DNA of 64,000 nt, from assembly GCA_013203315.1 (NCBI GenBank), contig JABMQJ010000001.1:49179-113178 (forward strand). Reading direction: 5' to 3'. The notes beneath the pieces are model-generated. The model was not told the origin of the DNA. It did no database searches and was given only the letters and a program-made list of their open reading frames with translations. This document shows positions 54,368 to 64,000 of this stretch, piece after piece. Source of the DNA: Candidatus Omnitrophota bacterium. Its GTDB lineage: Bacteria; Omnitrophota; Gorgyraeia; JABMRN01; RBG-13-46-9. The position numbers and the translations under genes were made by a program. Numbering within the stretch: the stretch's first letter is position 1; every line of letters starts with the position of its first letter.

Positions 54368-54928
54368 TTACACGCTCATTCTTATTTTAGCCACTGCCTC
54401 CTCGGCAGTGTCAACAAATGCGATTAAATCGCGACAGGACAAAGCGTTGAAGCGAGACCTTGTCTCTTCGTTTAAGACAGGCTCGCCGGCGAGTCTTTCA
54501 GCAATACTTTTCCAAAAATCGCCGAATGCTATAATGGGTTTTGGTTTCGCGAGGCCCTTGTTAACATGCTCGAGGCAGGCCGCAAGCTCAAGAAGCGTGC
54601 CGGTCCCTCCCGGTAGCACAATAAAGGCGTCTGATTTTTTCATCATAACGGTTATCCGTTCAAAAAGATTTTCAGTTTCTATTTCTTCATCTATATATTT
54701 ATTTGCTCCCCTTAGAAGAATTTTCTTACCCTTGTAAAACGTGACACCTATTGTTTTTCCGCCGCCACTCTTTGCGCCCTTTGAGATGTCCTCCATCGTC
54801 CCGCCGAAGCCGCCGGATATAACTTCAAAGCCGCTCTCGGCAAGGAGTTTCCCTAGCCCCACGACATCTTCTTTTTCTTTTTTTCCTAAGTCCTTGTAGC
54901 TACCGAATACACAAACTCTTTTTTTCAT
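54368..54928 (-). CDS. LOG family nucleotide phosphoribohydrolase
   Basis: SGGFGG.M, PGGTGTLLE. Confidence 0.85.
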   Translation of the reverse strand: MKKRVCVFGSYKDLGKKEKEDVVGLGKLLAESGFEVISGGFGGTMEDISKGAKSGGGKTIGVTFYKGKKILLRGANKYIDEEIETENLFERITVMMKKSDAFIVLPGGTGTLLELAACLEHVNKGLAKPKPIIAFGDFWKSIAERLAGEPVLNEETRSRFNALSCRDLIAFVDTAEEAVAKIRMSV

Positions 54929-55829
54929 ACTTAGCGCCTTGTTTCGTGCCTCTTTTTTTAAATTCTTTTTCTATCTCCCCGGCTACCTGGTGCTTTCGGT
55001 TCATCCATTCCGGGGCTATCAGGATATGGGGTTTTGCGTCGGATATAATCCTTAATATAACACATTCCGGGTTTAAATGCTCCAAAAAATCGCACGCTAA
55101 AGAAACATATTCATTCTTCTTCAATAATTTTATTCGGCCGCTTTTAAATAATTTTTCCGATTCTGTATCGCGCAACACGTGAAAGGCGTGAAGCTTTATT
55201 CCCGATATCGGAAGGCTCGCTATCATCTTCGCCGTTTGGATTACGTCATCACGCGACTCACCGGGAAGCCCCAGAATAATATGCGCGCCTACTTTTATAT
55301 TTCGTTTGGCAGTATTTTCTATTGCCTCAAGGCTTTTTTTAAAAGTGTGGGCGCGTTTTATTTTTTTAAGCGACGCTTCATGAATGCTTTGCACCCCGTA
55401 TTCTATCCACACCTCGTAATCTTTTGTATAGCTTTCGATCAAATCTAGCTTTTCCCCGTCGACACAGTCCGGCCGCGTGGATATGGCAAGACCGATTATT
55501 TCCGGAAAGAGTTTTATCGTGTCATAGGCTTCTTTTAGTTCCGCTGGAGAGGCGTAAGTATTAGTGGAATTTTGAAAGTAGGCTATGAATTTTTTTGCTT
55601 TAAAGCGTTTTTTGACAGGCCCGATTGAATCCCTGATCTGCGCTTCAATCGGCGGATACGTATCCGTAAAATACGCGAAGCTTTTTTGGTTGCAGAAAAT
55701 ACAGCCGGCCCTGCCCTTGCTCTCATCTGTATTTGGACAGTTAAATCCGGCGTTTAGGCTAATCCGGTGAGCCCTTTGGCCGAATCTTTTCCGAAGGTAC
55801 GCGTTAAAGGAGTGATAATGGCTATCCAT
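54900..55829 (-). CDS. Radical SAM protein, YhcC/YtqA (TIGR01212-like) family
   Basis: FNCPN..GCIFC split Cys motif, YFQ..TNTY, STRPDC, HIILGLPGE. Confidence 0.88.
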   Translation of the reverse strand: MDSHYHSFNAYLRKRFGQRAHRISLNAGFNCPNTDESKGRAGCIFCNQKSFAYFTDTYPPIEAQIRDSIGPVKKRFKAKKFIAYFQNSTNTYASPAELKEAYDTIKLFPEIIGLAISTRPDCVDGEKLDLIESYTKDYEVWIEYGVQSIHEASLKKIKRAHTFKKSLEAIENTAKRNIKVGAHIILGLPGESRDDVIQTAKMIASLPISGIKLHAFHVLRDTESEKLFKSGRIKLLKKNEYVSLACDFLEHLNPECVILRIISDAKPHILIAPEWMNRKHQVAGEIEKEFKKRGTKQGAKYEKKSLCIR

Positions 55830-55832
55830 TAC

Positions 55833-57626
55833 TTAGTCAGCGTTTTGCGCGCGAAGCTTTACCATTAAAAGCGTTATTGCAACCGGAGTTACGCCGGATA
55901 TGCGTGAGGCCTGGCCCAGGGAATTCGGCCTGAACTTGGAAAGCTTTTCCTTTATTTCACTTGAGAGCCCCGGTACGTTCAAATAATCAAAGCCATCCGG
56001 TATGCGCATGCGCTCAATTTTTTTAAATTTATCTATAAAAGACTTTTCTCTTTTGATGTAGCCTTTGTATTTTACATCAACTTCGACCCGGGTCTTTTCA
56101 TAATAGGAAAATTTGCCTTCCGGATGTGCGGATTTTATTATGTCATCAAATGAAACTTCCGGTCTTTTAAGTAATTTATAGAGTGCGGGTTTTGATTTCA
56201 GCTTTTTTACTGTCGATTCAATGTTTTCTTGCATTTCTTCCACTTTATTAAGTTTTTCCCGGGAAAGTAACCCGACGGAGAATCCTTTTTTGCTCAATCT
56301 GGCGGTAGCGTTATCTTCCCTTACTGTCAGCCTATACTCAACCCTGGAGGTAAACATCCTGTAAGGCTCGTTGGTTCCCTTGGTAATGAGGTCATCTATC
56401 AAAACGCCTATGTAGGCTTCGGATCTATCAAGAATTAATGGTTTTTTCTTTTTCACTTTCATCGCCGCATTGATGCCTGCCATGAGCCCTAAGCTTGCGG
56501 CCTCTTCGTAGCCGGTAGTTCCGTTTATCTGGCCCGCAAGAAAAAGCCCTTCTATATTTTTGGTTTCAAGTGTCGCTTTAAGTTCGGTAGGGTCAACGAT
56601 GTCGTACTCGATACCGTAACCGGGCTTTATTATTTTGGCTTTCTCCAGGCCCTTTATGCTATGCACCATGCGCTCCTGCACATCGCGCGGTAGGCTCGTG
56701 GAAATTCCGTTGGGATAATATTCATCTACGCTCAGGCCTTCGGGTTCCAAAAATATAGTATGCGAGTCCCTTGTCGGAAATTTTACGATTTTATCCTCGA
56801 TTGAGGGACAGTACCTGACGCCTGTAGATTTTATTTTCCCGGAATAAAGCGGCGAGCGGTCAAGATTTTTTCTTATTATATCGTGGGTGCGCTGATTCGT
56901 CTGGGTCAGGAAGCAGGGTTTTTGTTCTATATCGATTTTTTTCGTCCAGAATGAAAACGGAATGATTTTTTCGTCGCCTTTCTGCGCAATCAGCTTTGAA
57001 AAATCTATTGTTTTCTTATCCAGACGCGGGGTAGTGCCGGTCTTTAGCCTGGCCATCCTAAGGCCGAGCGACAGTAAGCTTTCAGGTAAGTCGCATGCCG
57101 CGTCCTCTCCCATCCTTCCGCCTCCGGAATGTTCCAGGCCTATGTGAATGACCCCGTTTAAAAAGGTTCCGGGCGTAAGAATAAGCGTTTTCCCATTGAT
57201 AACACCGTGCTTTTTTGTTTTTACACCGCTCGATAGATTACCTTTGGCGTCTACGCCCATTGCTTCGTCTTCCAAAACCTCGAGATTCTCTTCGGCCAGA
57301 ATCGTATCGCGCATGCAGTGATTATATTTTTTACTGTCGGCTTGGGCGCGTGATGACCTGGCAGCATAACCTTTTGAGGAATTAAGCATGCGGAATTGTA
57401 TAAGCGTTTTATCTATGGCGTTACCCATTTCGCCGCCCAGGGCATCGATCTCTTTTACAAGCTGCCCCTTGCCGACACCGCCTATTGCAGGATTACAAGA
57501 CATAACGCCGATTTTTTCAATCTCGAGAGTAATGAGTAATGTTTTGCAGCCAAGCCGCGCGCCTGCCAACGCTGCCTCACAGCCGGCATGTCCGCCGCCT
57601 ACTACTATAATATCGAAGTGCTTCAT
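55833..57626 (-). CDS. mnmG: tRNA U34 carboxymethylaminomethyl modification enzyme
   Basis: [39 protein letters not shown]. Confidence 0.97.
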   Translation of the reverse strand: MKHFDIIVVGGGHAGCEAALAGARLGCKTLLITLEIEKIGVMSCNPAIGGVGKGQLVKEIDALGGEMGNAIDKTLIQFRMLNSSKGYAARSSRAQADSKKYNHCMRDTILAEENLEVLEDEAMGVDAKGNLSSGVKTKKHGVINGKTLILTPGTFLNGVIHIGLEHSGGGRMGEDAACDLPESLLSLGLRMARLKTGTTPRLDKKTIDFSKLIAQKGDEKIIPFSFWTKKIDIEQKPCFLTQTNQRTHDIIRKNLDRSPLYSGKIKSTGVRYCPSIEDKIVKFPTRDSHTIFLEPEGLSVDEYYPNGISTSLPRDVQERMVHSIKGLEKAKIIKPGYGIEYDIVDPTELKATLETKNIEGLFLAGQINGTTGYEEAASLGLMAGINAAMKVKKKKPLILDRSEAYIGVLIDDLITKGTNEPYRMFTSRVEYRLTVREDNATARLSKKGFSVGLLSREKLNKVEEMQENIESTVKKLKSKPALYKLLKRPEVSFDDIIKSAHPEGKFSYYEKTRVEVDVKYKGYIKREKSFIDKFKKIERMRIPDGFDYLNVPGLSSEIKEKLSKFRPNSLGQASRISGVTPVAITLLMVKLRAQNAD

Positions 57627-58720
57627 TTTTGCTTTTTAGCGATAGCACAGATGAGTTTGTCGAAGGAGGTTTGGAAGGAGCCGACACCGGCGTCCTGGAT
57701 TTCCTGACAAAGGCTGTCTATGTTTATACCGAGGGATTTTATCTTGGCAAGATTTGATCTTGCCTTATCCATGTCTTTTTCGATTGTCAATTCCACCTTG
57801 CCGTGCCGAAGGAATGCGTCAACGGTTTTTGGAGGCATGGTATTTATCGTATTCGGGCCGATGAGGTCCTCAACGTACATAACATCACGATAAGAAGGGT
57901 TTTTCGTGCTTGTAGAGGCCCATAGAACGCGCTGGGCATTAGCGCCCTTGGATTTTAGACCTTTAAAATCGCTGCTCTCGAATATTTCCTTGAATTTTTG
58001 ATAGATCATTTTCATATAAGATACGGCGATCTTACCTTTTAATTCCAGGTTTTCTTTTTCGTCCAGAATCTTGTCAATCCTGCTATCTATGCGGCTTACG
58101 AATACGCTTGCCACCGAAATTATATTCTTTACATCCTTTTTTTCTTTCAGCCTGTCTTTTATACCACCTGTATACGCATTTGCGATTTTTTCGTAATGTC
58201 CTACGGAAAAAAGAAGCGTTGCGTTCACGTTTATGCCTTCTTTTATTAACACGCGGATCGCTTCCCGGCCTTCGGTGGTGCCGGGAACCTTTATCATTAT
58301 GTTCGGCCTATTAAGTGTTTTAAAAATTCTCCTGGCATATTCGACTGTTTTTTTCGCATCATGCGCAAATTCCGGCCAAACCTCGATACTCACATAACCG
58401 TCAACGTGGTTTGTTTTTTCGTAAGTACCTATCAGAAGATCTGCCGCGGCTGCAACGTCTTCGGTGGTAAGAATATCATAAATTTCGAGCGGTTTTTTAC
58501 CCTCGAGAGAAAGCTCCTTTATCTGGGGATCATATATATCGGAGGCGCTAACGGCTTTCTCGAAAATCGTGGGGTTTGAGGTAACCCCCAGAATCCCGCT
58601 ATCAAAAAGTTCTTTCAGTTTGCCGTTTTTTACAAACCTGCGGTCTATATTGTCGTACCAGGGGCTTTGACCTATGCGGGCGAGGGCGGTGAGCGTGTTT
58701 ACCTTGGATTTAGTTTCCAC
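57623..58720 (-). CDS. tal: Transaldolase
   Basis: [28 protein letters not shown]. Confidence 0.93.
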   Translation of the reverse strand: METKSKVNTLTALARIGQSPWYDNIDRRFVKNGKLKELFDSGILGVTSNPTIFEKAVSASDIYDPQIKELSLEGKKPLEIYDILTTEDVAAAADLLIGTYEKTNHVDGYVSIEVWPEFAHDAKKTVEYARRIFKTLNRPNIMIKVPGTTEGREAIRVLIKEGINVNATLLFSVGHYEKIANAYTGGIKDRLKEKKDVKNIISVASVFVSRIDSRIDKILDEKENLELKGKIAVSYMKMIYQKFKEIFESSDFKGLKSKGANAQRVLWASTSTKNPSYRDVMYVEDLIGPNTINTMPPKTVDAFLRHGKVELTIEKDMDKARSNLAKIKSLGINIDSLCQEIQDAGVGSFQTSFDKLICAIAKKQK

Positions 58721-59369
58721 AAACTTTTATTTTTTTCATCTCGGCGATAAGCTTTTTCATATTTTTAGCGCCAAAAAGATATGTTCCGGCGATAAAAACG
58801 TTCGCTCCGGCAGCGGCAGCCTCGCATGCATTTTCATAAGTTATACCGCCGTCAACACTTATGTCGCGGGCAAAATTCTTTCTTATCTCTCTTATCTTGG
58901 GAACCTCACTTTTCATGAACTTCTGCCCCGCGAATCCCGGCTCCACGGTCATTACGAGAACTTCGTCTAAAAGCGGAAGTAACTTGCGTATAGAGCTTAC
59001 CTTCGTTTTAGGCTTTATGCAAACACCTGCTTTTTTACCGAGACTTTTTATTCGCCGGATAAGGGCCTTCGCATTCTTAGTAGTCTCGATATGAAATATA
59101 ATCGTATCACTGCCGGCTTTGGCGAATTCCTTTACGTATTTTTCCGGGTTTTCGATCATTAAGTGTGTTATTAAAGGAAGCTTTGTAACCTTTCGCATAG
59201 CGCGCACTATGAAGGGCCCGAGCGTTATATTGGGAACAAAATGCCCGTCCATGACATCAACGTGCAGCATGTCAGCCCCTGCCTTTTCTGCTTTTTTAAT
59301 CTCCGAGGCAAGACAGCCAAAGTCAGCCGATAATAAACTTGGCGTAATTTTGATTTTATTCTTTTTCAT
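58710..59369 (-). CDS. rpe: Ribulose-phosphate 3-epimerase
   Basis: HVDVMDGHFVPN, MTVEPGFAGQ, VDGG. Confidence 0.95.
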   Translation of the reverse strand: MKKNKIKITPSLLSADFGCLASEIKKAEKAGADMLHVDVMDGHFVPNITLGPFIVRAMRKVTKLPLITHLMIENPEKYVKEFAKAGSDTIIFHIETTKNAKALIRRIKSLGKKAGVCIKPKTKVSSIRKLLPLLDEVLVMTVEPGFAGQKFMKSEVPKIREIRKNFARDISVDGGITYENACEAAAAGANVFIAGTYLFGAKNMKKLIAEMKKIKVCGN

Positions 59370-59403
59370 GGCATGCTTACTTTATCATACGAAGCCTTTT
59401 CCG

Positions 59404-60504
59404 TCAATGCGAAATTATCGTGGGCCCTTTAAGCACTTCTTCGTAGACGGAAAGCGTGTCTTTGGCCATTTTATCAAGCGTAAAGGACTCTTCAACTTTT
59501 CTGCGAAGGGCTCGGCTGCATCTCTTGCAAAGCTCCCTGTCGCTTAGCATCTTAAGAATCGCGCCTGCCATTTTAAAATCATCTCCCGGCGGAAAAAGTA
59601 ACCCGGAAGTACCGTCGTCTATAATCTCTTTTACGCCTCCTATGTCCGATGCGCACGAAGCAGTGCCCACAGCACCCGCTTCGATTATGACTCTACCGAA
59701 CCCCTCCGGGACATTGCTCGAGAGCACAAGGCAGTCTGCTTTTTTCAATAAATCCTGTATATCTGGCCTTAGGCCAAGAAATTTAACATGCTTTTCTAAC
59801 CCTGATTTCTTTACCAGGCTCTTCAAGTCGTTCAAATAAAACTCTCGTGCGCCTTCTGCCCCGCCTACAATCCACGCCTCTGCGCGGTTTTTTTCATTTA
59901 CAACGCGCTCCATTGCTTTTATAAATTCGAGCTGGCCTTTAATCGGTGTGATCCTTCCTATATTTATAATTATAGGGGTTTCTTTTTCCTTATCATACTT
60001 ATTCGGATAGTATGGATACTTCTCTAGGTCCAGGCCTCTATATATAAGCCGTATTTTTTCTTTCGGGACGCCAAAGTCCTCGATCATCCTTTTTTCCACG
60101 GTTTTAGAAATAACCATCACAAGTTCACCCCAGCCCATAACACGGCTAAAAAAATGCGTGGAATAAAATCCGTGGCAGCTTGTGACAAATTTTACGCCTG
60201 CTAGTTTACAGGTGAGATATCCTATCCATGCGGGCACACGGCTTGAGGCGTGGACAATGTCTATCTTTTTTAACCGTAGGATATTCGCTATCTTTGGCAC
60301 CAAAAAAAGAGAGTGCGGTGATTTTATGTGCACGGGAAGGCAGATATGCTCAATTCCGTTGTCTTCCAAAGCCCTCACAAGCCGGCCGCCGTTTGAAATC
60401 ACGGTAACAGTGTGCCCGAGCTGTTTAAGTGACAAAGCCAGATCGACCGTGCCTGTCTCGACACCGCCCGATTCCATGGCGGGAACAAGGTGTAGGATAT
60501 TCAT
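59404..60504 (-). CDS. GT4 family glycosyltransferase
   Basis: GGVE, GRITPIKG, EGFGRVIIEA. Confidence 0.9.
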   Translation of the reverse strand: MNILHLVPAMESGGVETGTVDLALSLKQLGHTVTVISNGGRLVRALEDNGIEHICLPVHIKSPHSLFLVPKIANILRLKKIDIVHASSRVPAWIGYLTCKLAGVKFVTSCHGFYSTHFFSRVMGWGELVMVISKTVEKRMIEDFGVPKEKIRLIYRGLDLEKYPYYPNKYDKEKETPIIINIGRITPIKGQLEFIKAMERVVNEKNRAEAWIVGGAEGAREFYLNDLKSLVKKSGLEKHVKFLGLRPDIQDLLKKADCLVLSSNVPEGFGRVIIEAGAVGTASCASDIGGVKEIIDDGTSGLLFPPGDDFKMAGAILKMLSDRELCKRCSRALRRKVEESFTLDKMAKDTLSVYEEVLKGPTIISH

Positions 60505-60508
60505 GTAA

Positions 60509-61765
60509 TTAGATTACCGTGTTGGGGGGTATTGTAGCGTTTTTGTGGACAATTACTATGCCGTCTTTTATGGAGTAATTTGTACCTTCGAAATTTTCTA
60601 ATTTTTTGTCGTTTATTATTTTAACATTGCCGCCCATTTTTACGTTTTTGTCGAGAATGGCTTTTCTTATCACGCAATTCCTTCCCACGCCCATGATCGG
60701 GCGGCCTGCTTTTCTGTCGGCAATAATTTCATCCAGGGACTGATAAAAGTCGCAGCCTATGATAATTGAATCTTCAATTACAGCTTTCTCCTCGATCCTG
60801 CTTCGGAGGCCAATAACCGAATGCGCTATGTTAGCGGATTCTATGATGCAGCCGTCTGATATTATGGACCTTGAGATGTGGCTATCTTTAATTTTTGACG
60901 GGGGAAGGTGCCTGGGACGCGTAAATGTCTGCCAGTCTTCGTCGAAAAAGTCTATCGGCGGAACGGGTTCCGTAAGCACCAGGTTTTCGTCATAGAAGTT
61001 CTTTATGGAACCTATGTCACGCCAATATCCTTTATAGATAAAGGCTTCCGTTACTTTGTGCGCAAAGGAGCTTGGTATTATTCCCTTTCCGAAATCAACT
61101 TTATCGTTTTTTGTCAAAAGTTCAATGAGAACGTCCCTATTAAATATGTATATGCCCATGGAAATCAGGAAAGATTTTTTTCCGTCTATCGTAATTGCGG
61201 CACTTTTTAGTTTATCGGAATCGCCGGGTTTTTCAAAAAAGTCCACTATTCTATTATTTTCACCTAATCTTATAACACCGAGTTCCTCTAAATTCACTTT
61301 TCCGTGGGCAGGGTTGCAGGCCAGCGTTATGTCCGCGCCTTTTTCTTTATGAAAATCGAGCATTGCTTTAAAATCCATCTTGTATAACTGGTCCCCTGAG
61401 AGAACAACTATGTATTTGGTGGCAGGGTCATTGAAGTGCCTGAGACACTGCCTAACCGCATCGGCCGTGCCTTGAAACCACTCCGTGTTCTGCATGGTCT
61501 GTTCGGCCGCCATGACTTCCACGAACCCGTCAGAGAAGGCGTCCAACTTATAGGTCCTGGTTATATGCTTATTGAGCGATTCGGAATTGAACTGCGTCAG
61601 GACATAAATTCTATTAAATCCGGAATTAATGCAGTTTGATACAGGGATATCAATCAGGCGGTATTTTCCGGCTACAGGAACTGCCGGCTTACACCTCTCC
61701 TTCGTTAAGGGATAGAGCCTCGTGCCTCTTCCCCCACCCATTATTACGCATAATACGTCTCTCAT
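60509..61765 (-). CDS. glgC: Glucose-1-phosphate adenylyltransferase
   Basis: GGRGTRLYPLT..KPAV, WFQGTADA, YWRDIG. Confidence 0.95.
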   Translation of the reverse strand: MRDVLCVIMGGGRGTRLYPLTKERCKPAVPVAGKYRLIDIPVSNCINSGFNRIYVLTQFNSESLNKHITRTYKLDAFSDGFVEVMAAEQTMQNTEWFQGTADAVRQCLRHFNDPATKYIVVLSGDQLYKMDFKAMLDFHKEKGADITLACNPAHGKVNLEELGVIRLGENNRIVDFFEKPGDSDKLKSAAITIDGKKSFLISMGIYIFNRDVLIELLTKNDKVDFGKGIIPSSFAHKVTEAFIYKGYWRDIGSIKNFYDENLVLTEPVPPIDFFDEDWQTFTRPRHLPPSKIKDSHISRSIISDGCIIESANIAHSVIGLRSRIEEKAVIEDSIIIGCDFYQSLDEIIADRKAGRPIMGVGRNCVIRKAILDKNVKMGGNVKIINDKKLENFEGTNYSIKDGIVIVHKNATIPPNTVI

Positions 61766-61850
61766 GACATGCCTCTCATATCATATAACTATATACAATA
61801 AACGGCTATAAATCAAGGGTAGGCGTAATAATAATGCGGTTTCGCCCTTT

Positions 61851-62537
61851 TTACTTGCTGCCCTTTTCGCGCCTCAATTTTTCGTCAAAAAAGTCAAGGT
61901 CGCTAACAGGTAGTATCACAGAAGAGCCTATATTTGCGAGGTGCGCAGATACACGTTTGAAGTATCTGGCAAGAAGCGCAAGGCATACGGCCTCGTTTGT
62001 AGGAAGATTACCTTTGGCCAATTTTTTCAGGATATCATCGCAGTCTATTACGATCCCTCTTTCTATGGAAAGGATCTCTTTTGCTACTTTTTCGTCTGAC
62101 TCCATAAAGGCCTTCACCGTTTTGTCGAATTGTTGCAAAATCTTTTTATCAATGCCGTTAAAAAATTCTGCAAAATGGGTTCTTTCTAACGAACCTTCAA
62201 GAAGTTCTGTAACTTCAAAAAGATTTTTGCAGTAATCCCCTACTCTTTCCGCGTCCTTTACGACACTCATAAGCACTAAAGACACCGGGATCTCCACGGA
62301 TGGCTGAATGGAAAGATGCTCTACGATTCTCTTTCTTATTTCTTTCTCGCGAAGGTTTACTTTTTTATCAACCTTGTAAACCTTTGCTTCTAGATCCGGC
62401 CCCTTGCGTCCTTCTATAAGAGCGTCGCATACGGATTCAAACATGCTCTTTGTGTCGTTCAACATTTCTTTAAATGCTTCAAGAACCTCAGCCAGGAAAT
62501 CTTTTCCCTTCCAGAATGCTAATAGATTTTTAAACAT
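61851..62537 (-). CDS. PhoU-family phosphate uptake regulator
   Basis: KDAERVGDY, RYFKRVSAH; adjacent to a Na/Pi transporter. Confidence 0.8.
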   Translation of the reverse strand: MFKNLLAFWKGKDFLAEVLEAFKEMLNDTKSMFESVCDALIEGRKGPDLEAKVYKVDKKVNLREKEIRKRIVEHLSIQPSVEIPVSLVLMSVVKDAERVGDYCKNLFEVTELLEGSLERTHFAEFFNGIDKKILQQFDKTVKAFMESDEKVAKEILSIERGIVIDCDDILKKLAKGNLPTNEAVCLALLARYFKRVSAHLANIGSSVILPVSDLDFFDEKLRREKGSK

Positions 62538-62549
62538 GGTACACCTCTC

Positions 62550-63671
62550 TTATTTTTTGAAAAATTTTGACAAGAAAATCAAACTTATAGGTAAAACATA
62601 AAATAAACCTAATACATAGGCAAGAGCAAATATTTTGTTTTTTGCAGATATTTCCGCTATAAAACGCGCAAATCTAATCGGAATGCTCCTTAAAAACTTC
62701 ACGGGATAGATGATAAGAATCCCCGTAATGTTAAAGACTAAATGTACAAATGCAATGGTTATGCCCGCGATATTACCCGTAAGAGCAGCGAGGAGAGCCG
62801 TAACCGTCGTTCCGACGTTGGCGCCCAAAACTACGGGAAAGGCGTGTTCTAATTCCAGGACACCGGCAGCGATCAAAGGTACAAGTAATGACGTAGTAAT
62901 GGAGCTCGATCGCACTATAATCGTAAATAGCATGCCCATCACCATGGCAAATATCGCGTTTCTCCTGATAACTCTGTCAAATACCATATCCGCTCTTTTC
63001 ATGACCAATGATTTCATTACACGGGTAATATTAAATAAAGAGAGCAAAAGGAAAATTAACGCAACGATAAGAAAAACAACGCTTAAAAGTGTATTTGATC
63101 CACCGAAAAGCGGGCGCAATGTGCCGTCAATTGCGTTTACGGCGGGTTTTACAATAAATTTTATGGGGCTTGTAATCGCTGCCCCTCCCATGTTGCTAAA
63201 AGTAGAGGACAAAAACATCCCTGCTTTTTCAAGATAGTGCGTGCTCATTTCTATCGGGAAAAGGATAAGAACAGTTAGCACATTAAAGGAATCATGCACA
63301 ATAGAACCGCTAAATGCCCTTTTGAATTCGTTTTTTCGGGTAATATGGCCCATGGCAACAAGCGCGCATGTAACGGTCGTCCCGATATTAGCTCCCATGA
63401 CAATGGGGATAGCACTTCGAACAGAAAGCATGCCTGAGGCCACAAAGGCTACAACCATGGATGTAGTTGTCCCGGAGCTTTGAATAAGGCTCGTGGCAAG
63501 GATACCTATAAATAGGCCAACGAAAGGATTTGAGGTTGTTGTTATGAGACGTTCAGCAAAGCCGCTGCCGAAGCCACCGAAGGCATGGCTCATCAGGCTT
63601 ATGCTGACGAAGAATAGATAAAAGAAAAAAAGAATCTTGAGTACTTTATAAGTTCTGGATAGGATTTTCAC
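62550..63671 (-). CDS. Na+/phosphate cotransporter (NptA family)
   Basis: QSSGTT / RSSSITT and two GANIGTT/GANVGTT repeats. Confidence 0.9.
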   Translation of the reverse strand: MKILSRTYKVLKILFFFYLFFVSISLMSHAFGGFGSGFAERLITTTSNPFVGLFIGILATSLIQSSGTTTSMVVAFVASGMLSVRSAIPIVMGANIGTTVTCALVAMGHITRKNEFKRAFSGSIVHDSFNVLTVLILFPIEMSTHYLEKAGMFLSSTFSNMGGAAITSPIKFIVKPAVNAIDGTLRPLFGGSNTLLSVVFLIVALIFLLLSLFNITRVMKSLVMKRADMVFDRVIRRNAIFAMVMGMLFTIIVRSSSITTSLLVPLIAAGVLELEHAFPVVLGANVGTTVTALLAALTGNIAGITIAFVHLVFNITGILIIYPVKFLRSIPIRFARFIAEISAKNKIFALAYVLGLFYVLPISLIFLSKFFKK

Positions 63672-63700
63672 TTATTTTTCCGTGGAAGCCGGATATTTTT

Positions 63701-63841
63701 TTACTTAAGCGGCCTGAAAACATTGAACCCACTATAGAAATGTTCGTCGGGATTTTTTCCCTTCTTCGTGAGCTTGAGTCTCTTCTTTTTTCTCTTCGCT
63801 TTTTGCTTAAGTTTTAATTGATATCTTGTTTTGATTCCCAT
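63701..63841 (-). CDS. Small highly basic protein (46 aa), missed by the ORF track
   Basis: MGIKTRYQLKLKQKAKRKKKRLKLTKKGKNPDEHFYSGFNVFRPLK; SD-like AAGGGTG; promoter TTGAAG-N17-TATATT at 63867-63895. Confidence 0.7.
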   Translation of the reverse strand: MGIKTRYQLKLKQKAKRKKKRLKLTKKGKNPDEHFYSGFNVFRPLK

Positions 63842-63920
63842 ATTTTTCACCCTTCTTTTGGCTCACAATATAGCACAACTCCCCCTCCACTTCAAGTAAA
63901 TTAATAAGAAGCGAGAGAGG

Positions 63921-63971
63921 TACGGAATGAGAGGGTATTGGCGAGGGCGGCTTGCAATTAAACGACGGAGC
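63921..63971. repeat. Half copy of the 2450-2565 element
   Basis: 23 bp identical to 2469-2491 plus AACGACGGAGC identical to 2507-2517. Confidence 0.85.
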
Positions 63972-64000
63972 TCTTTCTTCTTCAAAAAATTGTAGTAAGC

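Overview
Bacterial chromosomal window with nearly all genes on the minus strand. Gene content suggests an anaerobic diderm, probably Candidatus Omnitrophota (inference only). It has four zones. (1) About 0-10 kb is an accessory zone of small unrelated genes plus an ECF sigma/anti-sigma block, where most gene junctions carry short shared motifs: a 17-19 bp TTCGACCGTTTCAGAAT motif, a duplicated 26 bp hairpin and REP-like palindromes. (2) About 10-16.7 kb holds housekeeping genes (U32 protein, plsC, greA, yjbQ, ThiI-like sulfurtransferase, Cys-type thi4). (3) 16.8-29.6 kb is an Rrf2-headed sulfur-assimilation operon: APS reductase, PiT/CysP permease, JAMM protease, hemA/hemC/cobA-hemD/hemB/hemL, a ThiS-cysteine synthase fusion, siroheme sulfite reductase, TusA, a ThrC-like enzyme, a MoaD/CysO carrier, MoeB and a NIL protein. 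(4) 29.7-53.5 kb is a Wood-Ljungdahl/C1 cluster (purH, folE, a miniature core methionine synthase, fhs, fchA, metF, folD, cooC, cooS, cooF, FNOR, acsB/C/V/F/D/E, HPS-RraA fusion, Pta N-terminal protein), followed by uppP, mnmG, tal, rpe, glgC and a Na/Pi transporter locus. The best candidates for new biology are a two-carrier, protease-unmasked sulfur relay including a ubiquitin-like ThiS-CysK polyprotein, possibly feeding a CoFeSP-driven mini methionine synthase, and a cassette-like junction system in the first 10 kb. No rRNA, tRNA, CRISPR array, integrase or transposase was recognised. All calls come from visual motif recognition; no database searches were run.
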